A stretch of DNA of 64,000 nt from an uncultured Methanosarcinales archaeon (GTDB taxonomy: Archaea > Nanobdellota > Nanobdellia > Woesearchaeales > GW2011-AR9). Position 1 is the first letter of the stretch. Every line of letters begins with the position of its first letter. The notes below the pieces were generated by a model that was not told the DNA's origin, did no database searches, and saw nothing but the letters and a program-made list of their open reading frames with translations. The position numbers were made by a program, and so were the translations under genes. Positions 47,658 to 57,514 of the stretch are shown piece after piece. Location: the NCBI GenBank assembly GCA_964344235.1, contig CAYFMJ010000001.1, forward strand, positions 320,001 to 384,000, read 5' to 3'.

Positions 47658-50321
47658 ATGAAAGTAAAAAGAATGGTAAAGCGTTTATCTGCGATTGGTG
47701 CAGGGGCGCTAATGCTGGGGGCCACCGCAATGGGTGCGTTAGCAGCAGATTTGAGTGACTACCCAAATGATTTCGTGACAGACGGAACATTTAACGGTTG
47801 GTTTGTTGTTGGTGAGAACGCAGCAGCAATTGATAACTTAGCAATGACAGACATTGCTACTGGTATGAAAACCGGAGAAAGCTCTGGAACAACGACGAGT
47901 GTTTCGGGTGATGCTTGGATGGTAGGAACCAGCTCTAAGAAGCTTGAGATGTCCAACACTAACGGTACAGCTGTTGGTGAGCAGTTATATGACATTGAGC
48001 AGTTTATTAGTGAAGATGAGTTGGGCGGTTTAGCAGAGGGTGAATACTCTACAACTGGGTCCAGTTCAGCATATCAGCAATATCTTTACTTTGATGTTCG
48101 TGGTGGATCAGCTGCAACGGATGCAGAGAACGAGATTGTTGTCTTTGTTGAGAACGACGATGATGTTACTGCTGACCACTTCTACGTTAAAAGTGGAAGA
48201 AACATTGGTGAGTATATCTTAGAATTCTCATCTAGTCCAGAATCCACAATTCAGGACACAGCAGGGGCTGCAAGTGCGTCAGGTGTTGTTCTTGATGATT
48301 TCGAGGATACATCCCTTAGCATGTTTGGTATGAACTATGATATTGTTCTTGCACGACGACCACAGTCTACACCAGAAGATAGTATTAAGCTAACTCTTAT
48401 GGGTGGTTCTTCAAGTGGTAGTTTGTTGGAAGGAGAAACAACAACTCTTAGCGTAAACGACAAGTCATACGATGTAACATTAACATTCGTCGATGAAACA
48501 TATGCTAAGTTCACCGTAAATGGTGAAGGTACCGATAAGTTGCAGGTAGGGGACACGTTTAAGTTGTCTGATGACACAGAGATTGGTGTTTCAGAAGTTC
48601 TTTACCAGAGTTACGCAGGTGGTATCCACAGTTCCGATTTCTTCATTGGGGCAAGTAAGTTAGAGTTAAGAGATAACGACATCACAAACTCAGCTTCAAG
48701 CAGTGAGTTGAAAGTTGGAACAGAAACCATTAGTGGTGCAGATGTAATCATTGAAGGTACAGACGATAACACAACCTTTACTATGACAAAGATTCGTGTT
48801 AACATGACTGCTCAGGATGATTACTTCGTTGGTGCTGGTTCAAAGCTAAGTGAAGCGATCGCAGCTCAGGGAGACGATGAAGAGTTACTTTTCACAGGTA
48901 ACTGGGATATCGAATACCTTGGTCTTGATCAGAGCGTAGAAGCGCACGAAATTAAGTTGCATTCAACCACCGATAGGAAGTACAAATTACGGTACTACGA
49001 TGGTGACGGTAACATGGTTGACATGCCGTTCTTGTATGCGAACTCTTCAACAACAGTTCAGCTATCAGAGGACTCGGATAGTAAGGCAGTTATTTTGGAT
49101 GAAAGTCTTAACATCTCCAAAAACGACTACTTTGTCTTAACCGGTGGAACTGCAGCAGATGGAACTGCTAAATCCTATACATTACAGTATAAGGGTTCCG
49201 ATAAATCTGGTGCAACAAGCCCAAAGATCAAGTTTAAGAACATTGGTAGCGGTGAGACATTAGAGTACGCTTTAGACACAGGTTCAACAAACGCTGTTGC
49301 AACCATTAAGCTAGGCGGTTACTCATTCGTTGTGAAGAACATCACAGACTCCGCAAAGACTTCAGCTGACGTGAGAATTAACGTTGACTTGAACGGTGAC
49401 GCGACTCTTGGTGATGACTCAGTTGCAGCTAGTGAGATTGATATTGTAGATTACTACGGTTTGTCAATTGACTTTGGAAATCTATTGTATCGTGCGAACT
49501 TGACCAGTGATTTGTCAACTGGGTGTACCGGCGGTTCTATCAGTTCTGTTGTTCAGCCATTACAGTGTGAGATCGCAGGGGTTGAAATGAACTGGACAAC
49601 GCCGAACTCTAACGACTACGACAACCAGCATCCTGAGCCAATTTTCATCTTGGCGAACGCTACAGCAACTAACGAGCTGAATGTTCAGACGTTGAGTACT
49701 GGACGAGTTGATGGAAGTGACACAGATTCTTCCGTTACACCGGAAGGCGAGGAGAACATTGGATACGGTTACACCACCATGGGTGCAAAGTGGACGTATG
49801 AGTCACCAAGTAGCTCACCTAACCAGTTTACTTTAGAGTATCCTGAAGAACAGAGGCTACCTCAAGTATACGTTACAACTGGTTCAGTTCAGAAAGCGTC
49901 AGTTGCTACCGGGGATTTAGTTCCAGTAACTGTTGTTGATGCTACAAAGCTTGATAGTGAAGTTGCTTCAGTAACGTCACAGAACTTAATTGCTGTTGGT
50001 GGTCCGTGTGTAAACACTGTTGCAGCTGAGCTAATGGGGAACCCTGCTGACTGTACAGAAGGATTTACCCCAGGAAGCGCAATGGTTAAGTTGTGGGAAC
50101 ACGCAAACGGTAACGTGGCAATGTTAGTTGCAGGATTCTCAGGAGAGGATACAAGACTAGCAGGTAAAGTTCTAGCGAACATGCCATCAAAAGTTACAGG
50201 TGTTGGAGGTACTGAAGTAGTTATCGAAGGTACAACCACAAGTGATGCAACCGTTGCAGCACCTTCTGCGGCAGCAGCTCCGGCTCCTGCAGCTGAAGAA
50301 GAAGCTGACGCAGAACAATAA
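47658..50321 (+). CDS. S-layer protein
   Basis: Signal peptide ending GALA-ADLSDYP; D/T/S/G-rich body; S_layer_C-type NLIAVGGPCVNTVAAEL; at least 9 N-x-S/T sequons. Confidence 0.92.
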   Translation: MKVKRMVKRLSAIGAGALMLGATAMGALAADLSDYPNDFVTDGTFNGWFVVGENAAAIDNLAMTDIATGMKTGESSGTTTSVSGDAWMVGTSSKKLEMSNTNGTAVGEQLYDIEQFISEDELGGLAEGEYSTTGSSSAYQQYLYFDVRGGSAATDAENEIVVFVENDDDVTADHFYVKSGRNIGEYILEFSSSPESTIQDTAGAASASGVVLDDFEDTSLSMFGMNYDIVLARRPQSTPEDSIKLTLMGGSSSGSLLEGETTTLSVNDKSYDVTLTFVDETYAKFTVNGEGTDKLQVGDTFKLSDDTEIGVSEVLYQSYAGGIHSSDFFIGASKLELRDNDITNSASSSELKVGTETISGADVIIEGTDDNTTFTMTKIRVNMTAQDDYFVGAGSKLSEAIAAQGDDEELLFTGNWDIEYLGLDQSVEAHEIKLHSTTDRKYKLRYYDGDGNMVDMPFLYANSSTTVQLSEDSDSKAVILDESLNISKNDYFVLTGGTAADGTAKSYTLQYKGSDKSGATSPKIKFKNIGSGETLEYALDTGSTNAVATIKLGGYSFVVKNITDSAKTSADVRINVDLNGDATLGDDSVAASEIDIVDYYGLSIDFGNLLYRANLTSDLSTGCTGGSISSVVQPLQCEIAGVEMNWTTPNSNDYDNQHPEPIFILANATATNELNVQTLSTGRVDGSDTDSSVTPEGEENIGYGYTTMGAKWTYESPSSSPNQFTLEYPEEQRLPQVYVTTGSVQKASVATGDLVPVTVVDATKLDSEVASVTSQNLIAVGGPCVNTVAAELMGNPADCTEGFTPGSAMVKLWEHANGNVAMLVAGFSGEDTRLAGKVLANMPSKVTGVGGTEVVIEGTTTSDATVAAPSAAAAPAPAAEEEADAEQ

Positions 50322-50408
50322 GCCTCACGGCTTTGTTTTTTCTTTTTTTTTCTTTTTCTTGTTTGACTAATTTTATATAGTTGTTTTCGCTTGGGTTTGT
50401 GATTCGTT

Positions 50409-51461
50409 ATGCATACATACAAACGCTATATCCCTTTGGTTGTTATTGGGATTTTTGGACTATTATCGTTCTTGATTATTAGGCCGTTCTTCCTTGCCAT
50501 TAGTTTAGGGGCCCTGTTGGCATATTTATTCCATCCCTGGTATCGAGTTCTGTCAAATAAATTTCATCGAAAGACGCTCCCTGCATTGATTGTCTGCTTA
50601 TTTGTGTTGGCTATTTTTGGTGTGTTGAGTTTCTTTTTTGTCAATACGTTGATTCGAGAATCATATGTGTTGTTTGCGTTAGGAAAGCAGAAGTTGGCAG
50701 TAGGTTTATTCACAGGATGTGAGAACAGTTTCTGTAGACTTATTGAAGGGTTTGGGGAAGATCCAGCAATTGCGTTCCAGGCTCAAGAAGTCTTGAAGGC
50801 AGTTACGAATTGGATTATTAGCAAAGGGTCTTCTCTTTTACTGGGTTTACCTAATATGATCTTGGGTTTGTTTGTAACGTTCTTTACGATGTTTTATTTT
50901 CTGCGTGATGGAAAGAAGCTGTTGGGAAGGTTTTACGAGTTCCTGCATGCAAAACAGAAGCGGTTTGCGTTTATTGAAAGACGGTTAAAAGAGGTTGTTC
51001 GCGGCGTTATTTTTGGTTATTTGGTTGTTGCTCTTATCCAAGGCGCATTCGGTGCGTTGGGTTTTTTTATGTTTGGTGTTTCCTCACCCGTGTTTTGGGG
51101 TGTAGTAATGGCATTATTGGCATTGGTGCCGTTTTTAGGAACAGGGTTTATTTGGGTGCCGGCTTCTGTGATTCTCTTTCTTGATGGTGTATTCCAAGAC
51201 TCACCCTCGCTTATTGCAAAAGGAATAGGTTTGTTTGTGTATTCGTTTATTTTCGTCAGTAGTATTGATAATTTCTTACGTCCTAAACTGATTAGCCAGA
51301 AAGCAGGGATTCACCCTGCGATTATTTTAGTTGGGATTTTAGGAGGAATTGTATTAATGGGGCCGTTAGGAGTGGTATTAGGGCCATTGATTTTGTCTTT
51401 AACGTGGATTTTGGTTAACGCATATGTATTGCAGAAGGATGCGTTTGACAGTTTAGAATGA
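50409..51461 (+). CDS. AI-2E family transporter (PerM/YdiK)
   Basis: VALIQGAFG, ALVPFLGT..IWVP, DNFLRPKL and HPAIILVGILGG motifs. Confidence 0.92.
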   Translation: MHTYKRYIPLVVIGIFGLLSFLIIRPFFLAISLGALLAYLFHPWYRVLSNKFHRKTLPALIVCLFVLAIFGVLSFFFVNTLIRESYVLFALGKQKLAVGLFTGCENSFCRLIEGFGEDPAIAFQAQEVLKAVTNWIISKGSSLLLGLPNMILGLFVTFFTMFYFLRDGKKLLGRFYEFLHAKQKRFAFIERRLKEVVRGVIFGYLVVALIQGAFGALGFFMFGVSSPVFWGVVMALLALVPFLGTGFIWVPASVILFLDGVFQDSPSLIAKGIGLFVYSFIFVSSIDNFLRPKLISQKAGIHPAIILVGILGGIVLMGPLGVVLGPLILSLTWILVNAYVLQKDAFDSLE

Positions 51462-51923
51462 GCGTTGTTTTGCGTAATTGATAAGTTGGTTTAGGTACGT
51501 TGCGATGTCAATTTCTTGAGGGATGTGGCGGAGATGAAAGTGGTTACCTAAGTTGATTGAATAGGTTTTGAAGATTTTGTCCAAGAAGTGTTTTTCAGGT
51601 TTTGAGTTCATGACGTTGAGGTATGTGATAGATTTTTTCCCAAATTGAATGTGGCTCTGATAAAAGATAAATGGTTTATGGGCACGTTTAAACGTGAGGA
51701 TAACACCAATAATGATGACGACGAGAAGAAGGCCCAGGCTGCTTATTTTAACGATGGTTTCCTCAGATGCAGTAAGGCTCAGAAGTGCGAGGTTTAGTAG
51801 AATACCAACGTAGAAAATAATGCCAAGGATGAGGAACGAGAGGATTTTTGGGATGACTGCTCGTGATTGTTTTTGTTGTAAAATGTATAATGGTTTCTGT
51901 TGTGGTGTTGTGGGGGGTTGCAT
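51453..51923 (-). CDS. Two-TM hypothetical protein with bPH-like C-terminus
   Basis: Start moved to ATG 51923 because the predicted N-terminus overlaps a tRNA. Confidence 0.6.
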   Translation of the reverse strand: MQPPTTPQQKPLYILQQKQSRAVIPKILSFLILGIIFYVGILLNLALLSLTASEETIVKISSLGLLLVVIIIGVILTFKRAHKPFIFYQSHIQFGKKSITYLNVMNSKPEKHFLDKIFKTYSINLGNHFHLRHIPQEIDIATYLNQLINYAKQRSF

Positions 51924-51973
51924 GTGTGTAAGGAAGAAAAAGAGGTTTATATGTTTTTGGGAGAAGTGAGAAA

Positions 51974-52059
51974 TGGGCCCGCCCGGACTTGCAAAGAATT
52001 CTTGCACCGGGGATCCCCGCCAAGTCAAGGCGGTATCATAGCTACTAGACCACGAGCCC
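51974..52059 (-). tRNA. tRNA-Val(GAC) with 13-nt intron at position 59/60
   Basis: GGGCTCG/CGGGCCC-A acceptor; CCGCC-TTGACTT-GGCGG anticodon arm; CCCGG/CCGGG T stem. Removing AATTCTTTGCAAG (51988-52000) restores a 7-nt T loop. Confidence 0.9.
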
Positions 52060-52115
52060 AGGATTTTGTGGGGATTAGGGTAATTTATTAATATTATGTT
52101 GATTTTTAGAGAATA

Positions 52116-52766
52116 ATGAAGAGAATGGACGCAGAAACGGAATTCTTGAGTGGGCTGATTGAGTTACAGTATGGAGTTGATGTTGAAGATAAGTTGCGTG
52201 ATGTGGCCGATAATGTCGGATGGGTAAGGGGTTGGCCAAAGAATAAGAAAGCGTTTTGGAATGCCGAAGCGTTCATGTGGGGTAGAAAAATTAGTAAGGA
52301 GAAACGAGCACTGATCGCAAATGAGTTGCGTTTTTTGGAAGGAGAAAAGAATTTAGACGTAGGGTGTGGGGCGTTTAGTTATGTAAAAGAAAGTGTGGGA
52401 TTTGATATATCATCTAAAATGCTTGATTTTAATGACACTATCGGTGAGAAAGTTGTCGGTGATTTAGAGAAAGAGTTGCCGTTTGCCTCAGAGAGTTTTG
52501 ATTCTGTCACTGCAGTGTTAGTGGTTAATTATGTAAAGAATGTTACTGGTTTGTTTTGTGAGTTACTGAGGGTTTTGAGGGATAGAGGGGTGTTTGTGAT
52601 GGTTTTATCCAGCAAAAAAATTAATGAATGGCAGAGGCAGAAAGAAGTGACTAGTTTGCATTTTGGAGAGTGGAAAGATGTTTTGGAAAGGAGTGGTTTT
52701 ACTGTTGAGGCGTATGAAGAAGAGAATGTATGGTTTTTTAGGTGTAGAAAAGAAAAAAGTTATTAA
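52116..52766 (+). CDS. Class I SAM-dependent methyltransferase
   Basis: LDVGCG, GFDIS and LPFASESFDSVT motifs. Confidence 0.85.
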   Translation: MKRMDAETEFLSGLIELQYGVDVEDKLRDVADNVGWVRGWPKNKKAFWNAEAFMWGRKISKEKRALIANELRFLEGEKNLDVGCGAFSYVKESVGFDISSKMLDFNDTIGEKVVGDLEKELPFASESFDSVTAVLVVNYVKNVTGLFCELLRVLRDRGVFVMVLSSKKINEWQRQKEVTSLHFGEWKDVLERSGFTVEAYEEENVWFFRCRKEKSY

Positions 52767-52796
52767 ATACTATTGTGCTTTACCTTATGAAAAGGT

Positions 52797-54227
52797 GTGA
52801 TGATGGGACGTTCTGAACTATTGAAAGAATTTGGGTTTAAGGAAGAGGTTACGGAGACGTTAGAACGCCAGTATGGAAAAACAGGCTTCCCCAAACCGCA
52901 TAAGACGTATCGTATGTATTGGGAACTGTATGACCTAAGCATGGAAGAACCATATTTTTGGATTCTTGATACATTAAAACAGAATTTTCCAATTATTGAC
53001 AAGTTGGAAGATTCGTTTGCAGCTGCTGAGAATTCTGCTTTCTTTGGAGTGACACAACAACGGTTAGGGGCTCAGCAGGATAAAGTTTCACAGTTCCTTG
53101 CAACTACAGGAAAGATGATTAAGGAGCTGTTCCAGATGGTACGGGAGTTGCGGATTATCGATGAACGGTTAGGATATTACAAACAAGTTGCTGTACAGCT
53201 GGAGAGAGATCTTAAGGCACGTGAAAAGGGAGCAGAGATTACATTAAAAGGGTTCTTTGTTGATTTAGTTCAGGGAGGGGGGAAAAGTGCTGCTTCTGTC
53301 TATGGGATGGCGAGGGAGTTAGAATTTATTACACTCCCCGATTTGTTTTTCGATGCGCCGCCATTCAGAACGAGCTCAGAGGTTGAGAAACATATTAACA
53401 GTTTAGAGAAAGATTTTAACAAGAATGTTTTACGAGTGTTACATCGGCATTTGACGCAATATATGCAGTGGAGGAAACGCACACACTCTGAGCATGTTAA
53501 TAGGAAACAATTTATGTTGAAGTATCTGGATCAACATTTTCAGATTATTAATATGTATATTACGTGGATTAAACCGTATTTACGGAATGTAAGAAATTTG
53601 TCATTGAACCAGAAAGCAATGTCCTCTGCTGATTTGATTTCTGGTTTTGAAGGGAGTATGCTCGACGTAGAATTTTTGGCCCGACGGAGGATTCCCATAG
53701 GAGATTCTGGGGCGAATGGTTGTGTTTTAGCGACGTTTCAATATAGAACACGACCGGAGATGAAAGTTGTTTCTGAAGGATATCAGCGAGGTCCAGTGCA
53801 TATTGGCGGCATGACGATGGAATTGCGTGTGTATACGTGGACCGATGAGGAAGTTGAAAATTATAAGAAGCTAAAGCAGAAAGAAACGTTGGAGCTATTT
53901 GGTGATGTTTCAGAGTCAGTACGGGGTGCTATGGAATCGTTAGGAGATGTGCTAGAGAAATATTTAGAGGAAGCGCGTGGTTTGAAGAAGGAAAAGAAAG
54001 AGGAAAAAAAAGAGACGAAACAAAAAAAAGGATTAAAAGGTTTATTTGGGGAGTTTTATCGGTCGAGACCTAAACGTGATAAAGATAAAGCTCAAAACAG
54101 TAAAGAAGCAAAGGTACTTAGCGATAAACTGAAATCTACAAATGAAGGTTTAATTAAGGGTGTAAAGTTTACTGCGTGGAATACGTATAAGAATTTTAAA
54201 AAAGCACACCGGATGATTCAGTGGTAG
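52797..54227 (+). CDS. Hypothetical protein (476 aa, helical)
   Basis: Long ORF with normal codon usage; no recognisable catalytic motif. Confidence 0.75.
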   Translation: MMMGRSELLKEFGFKEEVTETLERQYGKTGFPKPHKTYRMYWELYDLSMEEPYFWILDTLKQNFPIIDKLEDSFAAAENSAFFGVTQQRLGAQQDKVSQFLATTGKMIKELFQMVRELRIIDERLGYYKQVAVQLERDLKAREKGAEITLKGFFVDLVQGGGKSAASVYGMARELEFITLPDLFFDAPPFRTSSEVEKHINSLEKDFNKNVLRVLHRHLTQYMQWRKRTHSEHVNRKQFMLKYLDQHFQIINMYITWIKPYLRNVRNLSLNQKAMSSADLISGFEGSMLDVEFLARRRIPIGDSGANGCVLATFQYRTRPEMKVVSEGYQRGPVHIGGMTMELRVYTWTDEEVENYKKLKQKETLELFGDVSESVRGAMESLGDVLEKYLEEARGLKKEKKEEKKETKQKKGLKGLFGEFYRSRPKRDKDKAQNSKEAKVLSDKLKSTNEGLIKGVKFTAWNTYKNFKKAHRMIQW

Positions 54228-54288
54228 TGTTTTGTATATAATACAGTATATTCCCACTATTTTTATAGTTCTCGTTTCTGAAGTTGTT

Positions 54289-54987
54289 ATGGTTGATGAA
54301 TTAAAAGGCTTACCTCCGGAAGAGCGAATTAAGAAGTTACGGGAGTTAGAAGCGAAGAAGAAGAAAGAAATAGAGGAAGCTGCCCGTTTAATTCGAGAGA
54401 GTGAAGATGAATTAACTGATAGAAGAGCCTGGGAGGAGAAGGTTCCTATACCCGAAGTGGCACAGGAAGAACTTACTGGGTTAAGTGTGGGAGCGAAGGA
54501 TATTCTTAAAGTTCAAGGTAGAGTACAAGAGAAACAGGAAGTTGTTGAAGATCCTGAAGAGACAAAAGAGGCTGTTGAAAAAGAAGAGAGAAGTTTAGAG
54601 GATACGGTTGAAGCAGAGGTTGTTAGTAAAAGTAATGAGTTACAGAATGTTCAGTATGGTTTCCCCCAGGATTTAGCACATCCTCAAGCGAATGCAGAAT
54701 ATGCAATGCGTCTAAGCTATATGCCTGCAGAAGAATTACGAGATAGAGTTGAAGCGGTACGGGCTTCTGTGCAGGATAGGGGGTATATGACGCATGAGGA
54801 ACAGAATTTTGTGATGGCAGCGTATGCGGCGTCTGAAAATAAAGAAAGAGCCGTACAGGAAGGGAAATATTCGATGATAGAGGAGGCTGCACAGGCAACG
54901 TCTTTGATTGCACAGACAACCGGACGATTATTAGATCAAGCGTATCATGCACGACAAGAGGAACATAGGACGCAGTATCAGAGATGA
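54289..54987 (+). CDS. Hypothetical acidic coiled-coil protein
   Basis: LPPEERIKKLRELE N-terminus; E/K-rich. Confidence 0.7.
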   Translation: MVDELKGLPPEERIKKLRELEAKKKKEIEEAARLIRESEDELTDRRAWEEKVPIPEVAQEELTGLSVGAKDILKVQGRVQEKQEVVEDPEETKEAVEKEERSLEDTVEAEVVSKSNELQNVQYGFPQDLAHPQANAEYAMRLSYMPAEELRDRVEAVRASVQDRGYMTHEEQNFVMAAYAASENKERAVQEGKYSMIEEAAQATSLIAQTTGRLLDQAYHARQEEHRTQYQR

Positions 54988-55136
54988 ATTAGCTGCGTCC
55001 TAAATACCCTACTTCAGAGACGAGAACCCAATACTTATGTGTAGGAACCTCGTATCTTACGTCTGGCCATGCCATCAATAACTCCGTTATTTCTGTCATT
55101 GATGGCACAGACGGTTATTTAAGACACAACTCAAAT
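54966..55136. repeat. Cluster of hairpins sharing blocks with the 60.8 kb intergenic region
   Basis: TAGGACGCAG/CTGCGTCCTA (54966-55002); TGCCATCAAT/ATTGATGGCA; CCATCAATAA, ATTTCTG and CAACTCAAAT occur in the same order at 60800-60874. Confidence 0.6.
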
Positions 55137-55175
55137 GACGATAAATTTTATATACGATAAACTGTTCTTTCTCCT

Positions 55176-57302
55176 ATGGCTGATTTTGGTGATGGATATT
55201 ATATGCCGATGGACCGTGGACATGCACATGATCATGGACATCATGGTTTTCCAGGGGTTTCAGGGAAAGCAACAAGTGATGTAGGGATTTCTATCGGTGA
55301 TTTAGGAACAAGTATGGGTTTAGGTCCGGTGCCGAATGTGCAAACTGTTAAATCGCGTCTTCATCCCGGAGCGAAGAAGTTAGAGTTCGTATTTTTTGGT
55401 CGAGGAAAAGGTTCTGCTCAGGGACATACGCCAGGACAGTATGGGTTTAAGCAACGACAAGCATTAGTAGAGATTGGAAGATCAAATAAAGTTGATTTTA
55501 CAACGCACTCTGCTGTTGGCATTATGGGTTTAGCAGGGATGGATCAGCAAGGGAATTTCTCAAAAGCAAGTAAGCAGGATTCTCTATTGGAGTTAAAGCG
55601 AGCAGTTGAATTCGCTGCAGATGTGGGACAGGGAGGGCCCGTTGTTGTTCATACTGGGGAGTTTGACAGGCCAATTGTTGACGCTGAGTGGAACCAACAG
55701 GAAGGCGATCCGTACAAAGGGAAGTTTACTCGGTATGCTGATGAGGAAGGAAGAACGGAGTATAGGGTTGTTGATAGAAGAACTGGAAGACTGGTACAGT
55801 CAGCTCAGAAGAATAGAAAAGTTTCCCGGCCAGTATGGAATGTTGCTACAGAGGGAGAAGAGTATGTCGACTTTGATGGGGTGACAAAAAAGGGTGAGAA
55901 AGGAAAAAAAGTGTATTTAGATTATGAGGGAAACCGCGTACAGCCAGAGTTACGAGTTCCGAAGTTTAACAAAGATGATCAAAAATTCGAAGTGGTGCAG
56001 CTAGGGTGGGAAGATCTTGTTGAGGAAGCAAAAGAAATGACTACCCGTGCTAAAGAGGTGTGGAAAGATTGGAAAGCTGGTAGAATTAGTAATAAAGAGT
56101 TTGAAAAATCGTATTGGGCTCGATTTAGGGATGCGAAGAGTGTTAAAGATGTTAACGTCCGGGCTGAGGAAGCGTATATTATCTCAACATTAGAAACCAA
56201 TGCTGCTAGGGACAGGGGTTGGGCGTTGTATTATGGGGGGAATTTTGATGATTATATCAAAAAAATGAAGAAGTTTAAGAAAGCGCTGGCGTTTTATGAG
56301 CAATTGGAAGAAGCAACTGATGAAGAAGAGAAGTGGCAATTGAAGCGCGAAATTGGCGAGTTGCGTTTACCGAGTGGGTTGGTGCCGCCTGATTCTAAAT
56401 TTCCCTCTGAAATTTTGAGAGAGCAGATTAAAGAAGTTGATCGGCAAATGAAATATTCGCGTGAATCTTCAGCAGCACAATGGGCGCAATCAGAAGAAGC
56501 GGTGGAACAGATCAGGAATATTGAGAGTGCGGAGACGTATGCAATTAAAGAAGCGTATGATGCGTATGCACAATCAGCAATTAGTGCAATGAGACAGAGT
56601 GATGCGTTAGAGAAGAAAGGTAAGTTGAAGAAGCCGATTGCAGTTGCTCTTGAAAATTTATTCCCAGAAGCATATGGTTCACACCCTGATGAGTTAAAAA
56701 GTTTAGTGCTTGGGAGTCGGGAGAGGATGGTTGAGTTGCTGAAACAGCAAGGAATGGCTGAAGAAGCGGCTAAGAAGAAAGCCACAGCGCACATTACTGC
56801 AACATTTGATACCGGGCATCTTAACATGTGGCGGAAGTATTGGCGAGGGGATCCAAATAAAAGTATCAAAGAAAATGATAAAGCATTTGATAAATGGATG
56901 TTAGATAAAGTTGGAGAGCTAGCAAAGGATAAGATTATTGGCCACGTACATATTGATGATAATTATGGGTATCATGATGATCATCTCGCTCCGGGTGAAG
57001 GGAATACGCCGATTAAAGAGATGGTGAAAGTGTTAAAAAAGAACGGGTACAAAGGAGAATTAATTGTGGAGCCCGGTGCAGATTATTATACAGATACGGG
57101 AAATGGCTTTGCGTCACTTGCGAAGACATGGAAACATTTTGATCTACCAGTCTATGGACGAGGAGGGTTGTCTGGACAAGGAGCAACGTGGGGGAATGTG
57201 CAGTATGGTTTCTTTGGACATAATCAACCTGCATATTTCGTGTTTGGAGCATATAGCCCGTCGGAAGAATGGACGTTGTGGTCAGGAGTGCCGTTGGAGT
57301 AA
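55176..57302 (+). CDS. Xylose isomerase-like/AP endonuclease 2 TIM-barrel protein with large helical insertion
   Basis: VHTGE, ALENL, FDTGH, HVHIDDN, HLAPGEG and LIVE metal-ligand pattern, split by a ~330-aa insert. Confidence 0.8.
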   Translation: MADFGDGYYMPMDRGHAHDHGHHGFPGVSGKATSDVGISIGDLGTSMGLGPVPNVQTVKSRLHPGAKKLEFVFFGRGKGSAQGHTPGQYGFKQRQALVEIGRSNKVDFTTHSAVGIMGLAGMDQQGNFSKASKQDSLLELKRAVEFAADVGQGGPVVVHTGEFDRPIVDAEWNQQEGDPYKGKFTRYADEEGRTEYRVVDRRTGRLVQSAQKNRKVSRPVWNVATEGEEYVDFDGVTKKGEKGKKVYLDYEGNRVQPELRVPKFNKDDQKFEVVQLGWEDLVEEAKEMTTRAKEVWKDWKAGRISNKEFEKSYWARFRDAKSVKDVNVRAEEAYIISTLETNAARDRGWALYYGGNFDDYIKKMKKFKKALAFYEQLEEATDEEEKWQLKREIGELRLPSGLVPPDSKFPSEILREQIKEVDRQMKYSRESSAAQWAQSEEAVEQIRNIESAETYAIKEAYDAYAQSAISAMRQSDALEKKGKLKKPIAVALENLFPEAYGSHPDELKSLVLGSRERMVELLKQQGMAEEAAKKKATAHITATFDTGHLNMWRKYWRGDPNKSIKENDKAFDKWMLDKVGELAKDKIIGHVHIDDNYGYHDDHLAPGEGNTPIKEMVKVLKKNGYKGELIVEPGADYYTDTGNGFASLAKTWKHFDLPVYGRGGLSGQGATWGNVQYGFFGHNQPAYFVFGAYSPSEEWTLWSGVPLE

Positions 57303-57340
57303 TTGTTGCTGTATTTTTTCGACGACAAAATTGAGCGGAA

Positions 57341-57391
57341 GGTGTTATGCCCTGGGGACTTTACGTCCCCACGAGGAGCGTAGCGACGAAG
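57341..57391 (+). repeat. Junction element copy a
   Basis: GGTGTTATG, TGGGGAC-tttac-GTCCCCA hairpin, GAGCGTAGCGACGAAG. Confidence 0.75.
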
Positions 57392-57514
57392 AGTTTTTGA
57401 ACTACCGTGCATTGACACTGGCGCCGATTAACACTTACAGTTTTTAGTTTTAGTATTTCAAAGAAGGGGGAGTTCCGTTAGTTTTAGTTACACATTAAAG
57501 GGGGGACAATTTAG

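Noticed and set aside
49889-50422. 177-aa antisense ORF
   Set aside because: Shadow of the biased-codon S-layer C-terminus.
51924-52028. N-terminal extension of ORF 51453..52028, and ORFs 51763..52023 and 51900..52091
   Set aside because: They overlap the tRNA-Val gene; the real start is taken as ATG 51923.
56294-56869. 191-aa antisense ORF
   Set aside because: Shadow of the charged helical insert of the TIM-barrel gene; no motif.
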